Part shown: positions 14,661-26,051 of the stretch, one piece after another
Layout: each line of letters begins with the position of its first letter
How positions within the stretch are numbered: the first letter of the stretch is position 1
Source: Auanema rhodensis
Lineage: Eukaryota > Animalia > Nematoda
Direction: 5' to 3'
NCBI GenBank assembly: GCA_964057225.1
Contig: OZ059899.1
Location: 15,190,001 to 15,254,000, forward strand
DNA: 64,000 bases
The notes under the pieces: generated by a model
The model's database searches: none
The model's input: the letters and a program-made list of their open reading frames with translations, nothing else
Told to the model about the DNA's origin: nothing
Made by a program: the position numbers and the translations under genes

Positions 14661-14834
14661 CTAAATTTCTCGTCCTGCTTCCTTCTGAATCTGTACATAT
14701 TTATTCCAAGATTGAATTGGAATATCAGGCCGAGGTTTGGTTTCTTCCCATCTTTGATAACAATATGCGGAAAGTAAAGCCGTTAGTAGACTAGTGCCTA
14801 ATATAGCTTGCTGAATTTGAGACTTCGTGACCAT
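14661..14834 (-). CDS. Unknown 57-aa single-pass membrane microprotein
   Basis: Intronless ORF MVTKSQIQQAILGTSLLTALLSAYCYQRWEETKPRPDIPIQSWNKYVQIQKEAGREI*, AAA-ATG context, one hydrophobic helix, co-oriented between two small genes. Confidence 0.7.
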   Translation of the reverse strand: MVTKSQIQQAILGTSLLTALLSAYCYQRWEETKPRPDIPIQSWNKYVQIQKEAGREI

Positions 14835-14867
14835 TTTGTGAGAAAAAATGAAAGCTACAATAGAATC

Positions 14868-15289
14868 TTAATCAGATTCAATAGAAATTTCCTCTGCTTC
14901 AAGATGTGCCCAGCGCCTTTGATCACTTAAACGTAATCGGGTACCCTAAATTAAACATTGTACGGTTCATATTTAAACCTAACTTACGGTCAACTGTCCG
15001 AAAGATATAGAATCTTCTGCCCAATAATATGTGTTCGATAAACGAGGCCAATTACGATAAAGATATTCACGAGAAGCGTCACTTCTTCTCAAATGGCAAA
15101 AGCCTAAGTAGGCACTTCCAGCTGCTGCAAGCTCAAAAGCCACAAGGCCGAATACACTTTTTTTAATTAATTGGGCCAGCCTTAGTTAATAAATAGAACT
15201 AAAATATAAAAATTAAAAAACGCATTTATTACTAAGACTTTTTTTTAAATGGAAATGAACGAAAGATGATTTGTTATGTTAACTTCCAT
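14868..15289 (-). CDS. CEBPZOS-like small membrane protein
   Basis: Exons give ..LAQLIKKSVFGLVAFELAAAGSAYLGFCHLRRSDASREYLYRNWPRLSNTYYWAEDSISFGQLT|GTRLRLSDQRRWAHLEAEEISIESD*, resembling CEBPZOS as recalled (KK..G....EL....GAY..F..M......R......P.....YY..........R..DQ..W). First exon and start are uncertain. Confidence 0.7.
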
Positions 15290-15486
15290 TCAAATCTTCA
15301 AGCTACATCATATAAGAGATAATATATCGTGTACGCTATATTAACTCCAATTTTATAAAGTTGCATATCTTATGGAAAATACAACTTATGATCAAATACT
15401 TTAAATAAATTTAAAATTGATTAAAATTATATTTGAAAATAAAATAAAAGTTCCAAATACGTAAAATACCGTTTATATATATCAGC

Positions 15487-15494
15487 GGCGCGAA
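15487..15494 (-). promoter_or_regulatory. E2F/EFL-1-type site TTCGCGCC in the divergent ctf-8 / CEBPZOS-like promoter
   Basis: GGCGCGAA about 47 nt upstream of the ctf-8 ATG in otherwise very AT-rich DNA. Confidence 0.55.
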
Positions 15495-15540
15495 GTCAAA
15501 ATATTGAAGTTCAACAAAATTCTCAGTTCCCGTTAAAACA

Positions 15541-16009
15541 ATGCAAGTGCATCTTATTAAGAATGAGTAAGTTTGTTAAGTGTTTGAGAATCTGATATAT
15601 TTTAAGAAATGGTCTTGATGAATGGGTTCTAATCGAGATGCAAGGTACACTCGACAATGGTGGTTTCAACTTGAGTGACGAAATGATAGGCAAGTGCTTT
15701 AATTTTCTCCATAACTACAGTGTCTTTCAGGGAATTTGGCATGGAGAAAAGATGACTCTGAAGCTCTACTTCTTATTGGTCATCATCTTTTAGACGGGAA
15801 GGTTGGAACTTCATAATATTAATCTACTTTACACAATTGTTCAGTTATCCGTTTTGGAAAAGCCTTTCCTAGTCACCGAGCCAAACAATGAAAATGGAGA
15901 GAAATCTTTATTAGTTAAAGCCATCATTCGACGAAGAATTGTTTTTAAAAATAGACCAAAACCTATTGTAACAAAGACTTTAGTAAAAAAGTCAACTTTA
16001 TCAAAATAA
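15541..16009 (+). CDS. ctf-8: Ctf8 subunit of the Ctf18-RFC clamp loader
   Basis: MQVHLIKNE|NGLDEWVLIEMQGTL..IGNLAW..ALLLIGHHLLDGK|LSVLEKPFLV..AIIRRRIVFKNRPKPIV; requires a GC-AG intron at 15690-15730. Confidence 0.93.
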
Positions 16010-16058
16010 TGTTTTACTCGTATTGAAAACTGACATGTGAATATTTGCAATAAAATAC

Positions 16059-17679
16059 TTATTTATTTTTCTCATAATTAGTTAAAAGAGGCCGGAACGT
16101 CAAGGTAGTTTTCAATGTTATTTCATCTCCACATACATTTTGTAAGTCAATCCGGAAATATGCGAATAATAAGTCTATCATTAGATAAATCTGAAATCAT
16201 TCATCTTCCAAGATCTACTTTAACTATCGAGAAACCTGAGCAAAGTTGTAGAGAAGTGTAACTGCAAAGTAAAAATTAGCATTTCCTGAGCCAACAACTA
16301 TCCACATATGCCACATCACAGGCATCAAAACAACACAAGTGATCATCATACCACCAAGAAGAAGTACAAAACGAACAGGTTCTGGAAAAAATTGGTTACC
16401 ACAATAGTGCAAACATGAAATACGTTTCCAATATTTTTCTAAAGTTGGAATAAGAGCCAAGTATACGGAACCGTAGTTTAAGGTTGGGTATGTTGAAAAT
16501 ATTGCAATGAGAAGAAGCGATAAGAACATATGTAGATGGGCATCTTTCCTGAAAAACTTATTATCTAGAAAGTTCAAACGTAAGCTCAGGAACAAACCTT
16601 ACTGCAAATGTGAGAGGAACTATGTAGAATAATAAACTGAATTGACATACTGCCAAGTAAAATTGACGGAATTGTGGAAATACTTGAATGAAAAAGTACC
16701 AGAATACTCCACTATTCGGGTTAAGATCATCCATTTTTAGCCTAAAAACGACATTAAAAAAGAAACATTGATAAGAAGCATACATTGAAACATATGTAGC
16801 TTGAACAAAATTCCAGTTGAATCCATTAAGAATGTAGTTAAGTACAGCAAAACTTATAGAACCAGCTATGAGTATTAAGACAGTTGAAATGCGGTTTTTA
16901 AGTGAAGGAAATCGAAGAAAAACAGATCCAATTAGAGCAACGGGGTATAATCCAAAATTAGCTAGTAGAGCTAAGCTCAAAGTTGTCCATATGAATGAGC
17001 CTATAGAAAGTGCATTATACGAATAAGTTGAAGCATTCATAACATACCAGAACAAAAGAAATAAACAAATGCTGCTGTAATTAAGTTATAAAATGATGAA
17101 ATGCTGTATATACTTGATGAAAAAATAGTAAAGGGATTAAGCAAATAACTGAAAAGTTGAAGATATATGAGTAAATTTGGAAATTTGAGCTGACCATTTG
17201 AAAACGATCCAAGGGATGTTTTGATTAACATCCAATATTAGTGTACTTCGTAATAATAGGAAAGCTGTAAAGCAATCAAACATACAGAAAATGACAAGTA
17301 ACAATGCAGGTGGTAAACTAAGAAATGGCGAAAAGACACGAAGAATAATTGGTTGCTAAAAAAGTAAGAAAATGACATGAAAAATGACTCGAACTCACGA
17401 AGAGGACCAGATCTCCATCATAAGGACTAACGCCATCTCGGAGCATGGCAACTCCATCCTGGAGTCGACGAAAGTTAACAAGTGGGCTCGTTAACTCAGG
17501 TCTCGAAGAGAGCCAATTTTGACCACAAGCATAGGATATGAGTCTAATAGCTATGGATATAATGCTTATCCTGTAATTCGAGGACTAAATATGAAAAAAG
17601 ATATTATGAAAGAATTATTTGTAGGGCGGGAAGGTTTAAGCTTGTATGCTAAGTATTTCCTTACTTAATCAACCGCCAT
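16059..17679 (-). CDS. pigu-1: GPI transamidase subunit PIG-U
   Basis: RPELTSPLVNFRRLQDG..GVSPYDGD, YLLNPFTIFS, DLNPNSGVFWYFFIQVFPQFRQFY, WHMWIVVGSGNANFYFAVTL. Start exon inferred. Confidence 0.93.
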
Positions 17680-17950
17680 TTATCTATGCTGGATGTTTCA
17701 CTCGTCTTTCTACGATCTCTATATGCTTCTTCTTGGCCCATTAACTAGACATACATATTTAACAACGTAATCATCAGTGCATATATTACATAGGTAAGTG
17801 TGGCCTCAAAAACCTTTCATTTCTTATGTAACATATCGATTAGGCTCAAATATTTATTTAGTTCTAAAAGCTTAAATTGAGATTTCAAGTGATGTAATTA
17901 AGGTGGACAAAGCATCGCAAAACAGCTCAAGCTTCACAAACATATTCACA

Positions 17951-18865
17951 ATGGGAGCTCATCAATCTGCTGAAACTGAGTCTGATTCTACATCTAATGC
18001 TGAGGCTCAAATTCTTAACAAACACCAGGTATAAATTGAGATAATATAAATAATTACATTCGAGCAAATTTCAGAAACAAACTTTACGATGTTCATGGAG
18101 ACATATGAGCAAAGGAGGTCAAAGTAACTGCGGAGCGACAATTATGAGAAGAATGTTAAGCAAGGATGAGAACTTAAAAGCAGTGTTTCAAACATCGGCA
18201 CTGCTTTCAGAAGGCGATGTACACCATGATACAACAAAACATCGAGAACATTTGGTACAATTACTACAATTCGGTAGGTTCCATAAGACATATTAATGAC
18301 AATTGAGGTTGATATAGTTATATCTAACATGGAAAGTCCAAGTCAAATATCAGATATGTGCTTACAAGTTGGAAGAGATCATCAGAAATACAAACGCATG
18401 GGGTTGAAGGTTAGTAAGAAGAAAGTATTCTGAGATATATCCATGTTACAGATTGATCATTGGGATCAAATGGGAGAGGCGATAACTGAAACCGTTAGGG
18501 AATATGAAGGTTGGAAACGACACCGTGAGAGTCTGAGAGCCGCTAACATGATAGTTTCCTTTATGGTCGATAGAATGAGAACAGGTAAAATAAAATATAT
18601 ATTGGTTAATAGAATGCTTCATAGGTTTTACGCAGGGGGAAGGCAGGAGTAGTTTAATGAGAACAAGAAGTGCTCGAGATAATCCAAAACATCAAACTAT
18701 AAAGCTTGAAGGTGAAAAGAAACGATTGGAAAGAAATCGTAGTTGTCCCATACGAGGAGATCGAAAAAAAGAAGATGATGGACAGGTGCGTAAGAAGCAG
18801 TTCCTGAAAGGAATATTTTTTTTCAGACCAAGGCACGTCGATATTTGCCCATCCCACCCGAATAA
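17951..18865 (+). CDS. glb-26: Nematode globin, GLB-26-like, predicted N-myristoylated
   Basis: MGAHQS..QILNKHQ|KQTLRCSWRHMSKGGQSNCGATIMRRM..VGRDHQKY..IDHWDQMGEAITETVREYEGWKRHRESLRAA, matching GLB-26 as recalled; MGxxxS motif. Confidence 0.88.
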
Positions 18866-18905
18866 TAAGAATGACTCATTGAATCAATTTTTATGTTTAA
18901 CTTAC

Positions 18906-20331
18906 TTATTCATTCTGTTCAAGATCCAATCTTGGACGTTTAATATTTTGAAAGAATGAGGCTACATGCTCCTTGGTTACAACCTCTCCAGATTGTGCTA
19001 TTTGTTTGAAGAAATCGCCAAGATTGGATTTAAGATCATGAAGCCCTATATATACATTTAATTTAATGCTTATACGAATATATAAATATTACCTTTAATA
19101 AGAGTAATTGCAGTTTCTCTTCCAGCTGTCTTAACCAGCTCATCAACTATTTGTTCCTCATCCTCTTGATCCTCATTCTTTGTTTTCTCTTTGCTTTCTT
19201 GTTCGTAAACTGCGATTGTGTCATTATTATCCAAAAGGTATGATACACTATTTTTGAATAATAAGCTCTAAAAAATCAGAAATAATTAGAAGTTGTAACA
19301 AGATTGCAAACCTCGCAATCCGAACAAGAACATAAAAATTTTCTCCAATCGTTGTTCAATAGCACAGTCTTTTCACATGTACTAAGTTCTCGCCCCTTCA
19401 AGCAAATAGGTTCAGAAGCTTTTTCAAATAAAGCCAAGAAAGGATATTTTTTGGTACAGTTTATACATGCCTATAAATGATATTTATAAAGCTTTGTTAC
19501 TTGTCAATGTTTTTACCAAATCAACAGCCGATGTGTCAGTGTTTTCATCGATAGGTGCATCAATATGCTGCAACAATTTTGTTAGCACTCAGTTTCAAAT
19601 TTCGAAACTAACTGTAGGATGATACCAATCCTCACAAATACAGCATTGAAGCATTTCTTCATCTATTTCGTCATCAGGGTAGGGACGTTTGCATACACAA
19701 AAAGTTCCCTGGTAGTTATGATTGTAAGTGTTGTCGGGATTTAATGAACTTTTTTCCTAAGAAGGCAAATTCCAGAACCAGATTTTTCTATCAAAACAAA
19801 CCTCGTAAAGAGTACAAGTTGTGGAAAATTTACTATTTCCGCAATCACATCGAACCTTACGTTTCGTGTATAATTCAACTAGTTTATGTCCTTCGTGACA
19901 ATTCACAGAACACCCGAAACATATAGCTCCAGATTCTGGAGACGCTATACATGTCAAACATGAATACAATGGCTGTCTCGATTTGTAACCCTATAACTCT
20001 AAGCTTCGGTAAATTATACATAATATTAGCAAACCTCAGGGTAAGTACAGACTTTCAAATCTGCTCCACCGAGGAGAATTTTTGCTTGATCTTCCATATC
20101 TTTTTCTCTTTCTATAATCTCATCCAAAGTGAAAACTTCTGAATAAGGAAATCCATATAAGTTTAACATGATTTTACTACCTTCGTTAGCAACAGATTCA
20201 GTTTCTACATTTTCCCCTAACTTTTTTTTATCATCACTTTCAGAAACAGAATCGACTTCATCTAATTTTGATTGTGTAACACTAGTTACCTCAATAGGAG
20301 CATTTTCGATATTTTGTTGTTCTCCTTCCAT
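18906..20331 (-). CDS. UBR7-like E3 ligase (UBR box plus PHD finger)
   Basis: LLGGADLKVCTYPE|GYKSRQPLYSCLTC..ICFGCSVNCHEGHKLVELYTKRKVRCDCGNSKF..NTYNHNYQGTFCVCKRPYPD..MLQCCICEDWYH. Confidence 0.93.
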
Positions 20332-21184
20332 TCTGAATTAAAGTTTAAAATTTCTCTAACTATGAGTAGTGTAGGAACACAAGGAACAAAGAGTCACTCA
20401 GATAGGAGATAAAGAAACCCTTAGAAATTGACTTTTTAAAAACAAATGTTTAGGTTTATAAGAGTAAATAAACTTGCTTAACGCCTGAATGTTATAAAAT
20501 AATGCTATTTATTCATACCTTTAATGGCATTCAATGCCAAAGGCAATTGAAACCCCGCCCATAATTCAAATTCACCTGCGTAAAACCTTGAAGAACTGAG
20601 TATCCAACGCAAAGCACAACTTTGCTGCGAGAACGAGACGATCAGACAGTTTTGAGCCTGCGTCTCTATCCCGCGCCAAGCTAGCAGTGCGGCAACTCTG
20701 GGCGTCTGGTTTTTTTTCGAAAATTTGTTTTATTATTATAAATTAAGTAACGTCAATTTGTTTTAGTAGAATATTGGAATAAAATGTTTTTGAATTTTTG
20801 CTTATCTATGAAGCATTCAAAAGCTATGAACGTAAGTGACTATTTTCCGGTAGAAGTACGTGTATTAAACATTCGTTGAGTAGCTGATTGGTCACAGTGC
20901 TATGCATCAGTTTTTCGTGGTTCTAGAACACTCGGTGTTAACGAGAATATTTCTATGTGATTTTTATTTTTGTTCTAGAATAACGGATTATTTATTTTTT
21001 GTTAGATTAGAATTAAACGGAATTTTTGCGTACCCCAGAGTCAACTCTGTTAATTGCAAATATGTTATTAATTTCTGCTATATTACGTATATAGATATAT
21101 ATTCATTATTTCTAATTGAATGGCTAATCGTTTGAGAGTGTTTTATTCCTTTTTCCTCTTTGTCATAATACGCATTATTGCAGA

Positions 21185-22223
21185 ATGGCTGATACCAAAT
21201 TGAGTCAAGCTTTACATATTGAACCATCTAAAGAAATAAGCTTCAAAGGTAATTCACTTCAAGTGTTATATTAATTTCAAAGACAATAAAATTTTTAGGA
21301 CCATTCACAGATGTTGTAAATGCTACTCTTACCCTTAGAAATCTTACTGATAAGCCTATTTGTTTTAAAGTTAAAACTACTGCACCCAAACAGTACTGTG
21401 TTAGACCCAACTCCGGTATGACTAGTTTAAATTATTTAGCTTATGGCATTTTATTCAGGCATTGTTTATCCTTCCGAAACTAAGATAGTCACTGTTATGC
21501 TCCAACCCTTTGATCCTAATGCAACTGAAACACACAAGCATAAATTTATGGTTCAAACCTGCTTTGCTCCTGCTGATCACTCTGATTTGGATCAGGTGTG
21601 GAAGGTATGATGAATCTTTGTTGTACAATTTGCATTAATCATAATTTTAGGTTATCAGCCCATCTGATTTAATGTTCAGTAAATTAATGGTTGTTTTCGA
21701 AGAAAACAAGTCTTTAACAGGATCCATAGGAGGAGTTGCTCGGGAAGAGTCTCCAGTTGCTGTGAAATATGGTCAACAGAGCTACGCCAAGTAATAGATA
21801 CAGATTTAACGTATATTAATTCTACTTTTCAGTTCCTCTGCATCAGATAGTAACGAGGTAACAGCGGAAGTGTCCGATAAATCCGTAATACTTTACTTTT
21901 TTATTTGCTTAAATTGAGTTTTGTTTAGCAAGATGACAAGTTGCGACACGAAGTAAACCGTTTAGAAAAGGAAAGAAAAGACCTTATGAGAGAAAGAGAT
22001 GATATGTTCAAAGTATGTTAATTTCATGTTTAATATGCATTGTGTTTGTTTTTATAGAAGGTTGCGAAACTTCAAAGTCAATCTGAGCCAGAACACGTTG
22101 GTGTCCCTACCCTTCAGGTTTGGTTCGCATATAGGTGTTCAATGTTTACACATTTAACTTTAGGTCATTCTTATGGCTATTGCTGCTCTCCTCATTGGTT
22201 TGATTATTGGAAAATTGTTCTGA
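21185..22223 (+). CDS. vpr-1: VAP (VAPA/B) ER tail-anchored protein, MSP domain
   Basis: [34 protein letters not shown], coiled coil and C-terminal TM ([12 protein letters not shown]). Confidence 0.96.
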
Positions 22224-22626
22224 AGATTCACAAATTTGCCCAAACTTATCCGCACAATTTAAGCTTGCTTGGTTCATTTAACTATATTTCTTTTTGTTCG
22301 CGGGCATTCGCTTGCCTGGTTGTACCATACTTCTCTAAATTCTGTAAGATTTTTTCAATCCCGTTGATAATAGTGTATAGATAATGGGTATGGTGACAAG
22401 TGTAACTCGGTGAGCATGTAGATCGTTTATACTATTACCCGACAGGGCTTTTTTCCGTTTAGGAGTGCGTCATGTCTCAATGCAACATGTGTTTTAACTT
22501 GGAAAATTGTCTTTAAAGTTATTTATTTTCTTTCTGTTTTATAATTTTTTCTATATAATCGTTTAAACGATTACATATTTTTCTTGTTTTTATAACATTT
22601 ATATTTATATTTATCATTTTTCGCAG

Positions 22627-24209
22627 ATGTCAGGAAAGAAGAGAAACGCTGAACCAGCTTCTGAGGATCTTTCCAAGATCGAATTCGAAACATCAGAAGA
22701 TGTAGAAGTTTGCCCAACTTTCGATGCTATGGGACTAAGGTTTGAAGAGTAACAGGGTTAATTTTAATATTATTTTTTTTCAAGGGAGGAACTTCTTCGT
22801 GGTATTTATTCTTACGGATTTGAAAAACCATCTGCTATTCAACAACGTGCTATCAAGCCTGTCTTAAAAGGTCGTGATGTTATCGCCCAGGCTCAATCTG
22901 GTAAGAATTTACGTTTGATTAATATTTGAACTTTCTTTCGTTCTTAGGTACCGGTAAAACCGCTACATTCTCCATTTCTATTCTTCAGTCCTTGGACACC
23001 CAATTAAGAGAGACTCAAGCATTAGTGCTCTCACCTACAAGGGAATTGGCCACACAGATCCAAAAGGTAAATTAAAAAAGTATATTGATATTAAGCGGTA
23101 ATTTAGGTAGTTCTTGCTCTTGGTGACTACATGAATGTACAATGCCACGCTTGTATTGGAGGAACAAATGTTGGTGAAGATATTCGTAAACTGGATTATG
23201 GACAGCATGTCGTAAGTTTTGAGTAATTGGTTGATGTAATTTGTGTTATTCTCACATAGGTCTCTGGAACACCTGGACGTGTTTTCGATATGATCAGACG
23301 TAGAAATCTCAGGACACGCTCTATTAAGTTGTTAGTTCTTGACGAAGCTGACGAAATGCTGAACAAGGGATTCAAGGAACAACTGTATGATATCTACAGA
23401 TATCTTCCTCCCGGTGCTCAAGTACGTTTTATTAGTAGTTCCGTCTGATTCTAGTTGATTATTATTCAGGTTGTCCTTCTCTCTGCTACTCTTCCTCACG
23501 AAATCTTGGAAATGACTAGCAAGTTCATGACTGACCCAGTTCGCATTCTGGTAAAACGTGACGAGTTGACACTCGAAGGAATCAAGCAATTTTTCGTCGC
23601 TGTTGATAGAGAGGAGTGGAAGTTCGATACACTTATTGATCTTTATGATACTCTTACCATCACTCAAGCTGTTCTTTTCTGTAACACCCGTAGAAAGGTA
23701 TATAGTTTAATTTTAACGATGGTTTATAATATAAAATGTAATGTAGGTCGACTGGCTTGCTGAGAAAATGACTGAGGCTAACTTCACAGTTTCCTCTATG
23801 CACGGAGATATGGAACAGAAAGAAAGAGAACACATTATGAAGGAATTCAGAGCTGGAAACAGCCGTGTCTTGATCTCCACAGATGTTTGGGCTCGTGGTC
23901 TTGATGTTCCTCAAGTATCTTTGGTATGTATTTATAATTGGGAACACTTTTACTGTGTTGATTACAGGTTATCAACTATGATCTTCCTAACAATCGTGAG
24001 TTGTACATTCATCGTATCGGTAGATCAGGTCGTTTCGGAAGAAAGGTATATTGTTTGCTTAGTTATTATCGTTATCTTAACTATCCATATTCTAGGGTGT
24101 TGCCATTAACTTTGTCAAGCAAGATGATGTCAGAATTCTCAGAGATATTGAACAGTACTATTCAACTCAAATTGATGAAATGCCCATGAACATCGCCGAA
24201 ATGATCTAA
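22627..24209 (+). CDS. eIF4A3: eIF4A-III DEAD-box helicase (exon junction complex)
   Basis: [58 protein letters not shown]; the DVWARG and RSGRFGRKG variants indicate eIF4A3 rather than eIF4A1. Confidence 0.96.
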
Positions 24210-24509
24210 TTTGTTACTGTTATGTTACAAGCGTCTATGTGCACCTCATGATCTGTATTGTTAACGCGTGTCTCCTGCTTGTTGGTCTTTTCTTGATGTT
24301 GTTCAGACCAAAATGTCTTTAATCTCCTCGACACTATTCACTGAAGTTCCAGTTAATATTCTTATTTAACTCGTTATTATGTAATTCTTAATATTCCCCC
24401 TAAGTTGAAGTAAAATTTGTTACTGTTTGTCATCGATCTAACATACAACTTGGTTAAACTTCCATACTATATTTTTTAATTAATATTTTGATATATATGT
24501 AAATATATC

Positions 24510-25650
24510 ATGACAGACTATGAACAAATGAGGGAAAAAACGCAGTGTTGCGGAAGGAAGTGGTGTGTGAGGGATCCATGTGGAATCATTTGCGCCATTG
24601 TTACTTGGTTAGTTTTGGGAGCTGCCATCTTCATGCCATTTATGACTTTGAGGTTTACAGGTTTCTTCTACTCTATGGCCAAGTTGTAATATCTGTTGTT
24701 ATGCTATCAGCTTGGGAAAAATATACATTTCATACGGCTATTAATTTCTTAATGTTTCAAATCTTTTTTGTTTTAGCTTTTGCTAGTCATATCAAGGTTT
24801 GTTAGCATTATTTAGTCTTCATTAATTAACATTTAATGTTTAAGACTATGCTCACAGATCCTGGAGCTATACCCAAAGGTAATGCAACGGATGAACATAT
24901 AGAAAGGCTGCAGGCAGCTGAAGAGATGAGAGTAAGTATTCTGTGCACATAAACATTCTAACTGTTTGACTTTCCATAAAGGTCTTGTATAAGTGCCAAA
25001 AGTGCTGTAGCATAAAACCTGAAAAAGCTCACCACTGTTCTGTATGTGAACGTTGCATTAGACGCATGGATCACCACTGCCCCTGGGTTAATAACTGTGT
25101 TGGTGAAGGAAATCAGAAGTTCTTTGTCCTATTTACTGTATGTTATTCTTGTTCTGCACATCATCTGAATGTTTTATTTTGCTTTTAAGATGTACATAGC
25201 ACTTCTTTCTATGCACGCTCTGTATTGGGGAATTTGGCAACTTATTCTCTGTGTTGGAAATGAATGGAATGAATGTAGTGCCATCGGACCCCCAGGAACA
25301 ACCCTTCTACTTGTATATATTTTTAAGTTTGTGCTTTACAAATATGATTATTTTCAGATATTCTTACTATTCGAATCTATTCTTTTTTCAATTTTTACAT
25401 TAGTCATGTTTGGCACTCAAATCTCAGCAATTTGCAGTGATGAATCAACTATCGATGCTATGAAAAAGTTTGTTCAATCGTGTTTATTTTTGTACTTTTT
25501 TATCATTTTTTCAGTCCTAAGTCAGATAAATTAAAAGGAAAATCATGGAAGAACTTGCAATATGTTTTTGGGGGACCTTGCAGTATGAGATGGTTAAATC
25601 CATTTGTCGATCCATACTATAGCAAGCCAGCCTTTGAATATTCTGTGTGA
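24510..25650 (+). CDS. dhhc-3: DHHC palmitoyltransferase, ZDHHC3/7 type
   Basis: [76 protein letters not shown]-terminal EYSV*. Family is secure; the nematode symbol rests on recalled synteny. Confidence 0.9.
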
Positions 25651-26051
25651 TATTTTGGAACTTATCTCCTCTAACAACGTAGAACTAGTCAAATTGCTGT
25701 TGAACTTCCTTCTTCAAGAAGATTCCCTTGAGCAGCCAAAGGTGTTAATCGTATGGGCGGTTTTAACTTAGTAATTCGTAGAATCTTTGTTCACTGACTG
25801 ACACTCATAATAAGCGGGTTTTACCGATTCTTTTGAGAACTCGGATGAATATAATATTGTAATTTCTTTCTAATTTTCAGAATATTGTGATATACGATTA
25901 TGCTTCTAATTTAGTATTTATTATAAATTATGCGATTTTTCTTCAAGTTTCATTATTGATACTTAATTATTACTGAAACTTCATGTCCTTAACATGACTA
26001 AATACTGTATACAACTATGAAAGCCATTTAAACAGTTTGAAATGTTGAAGA

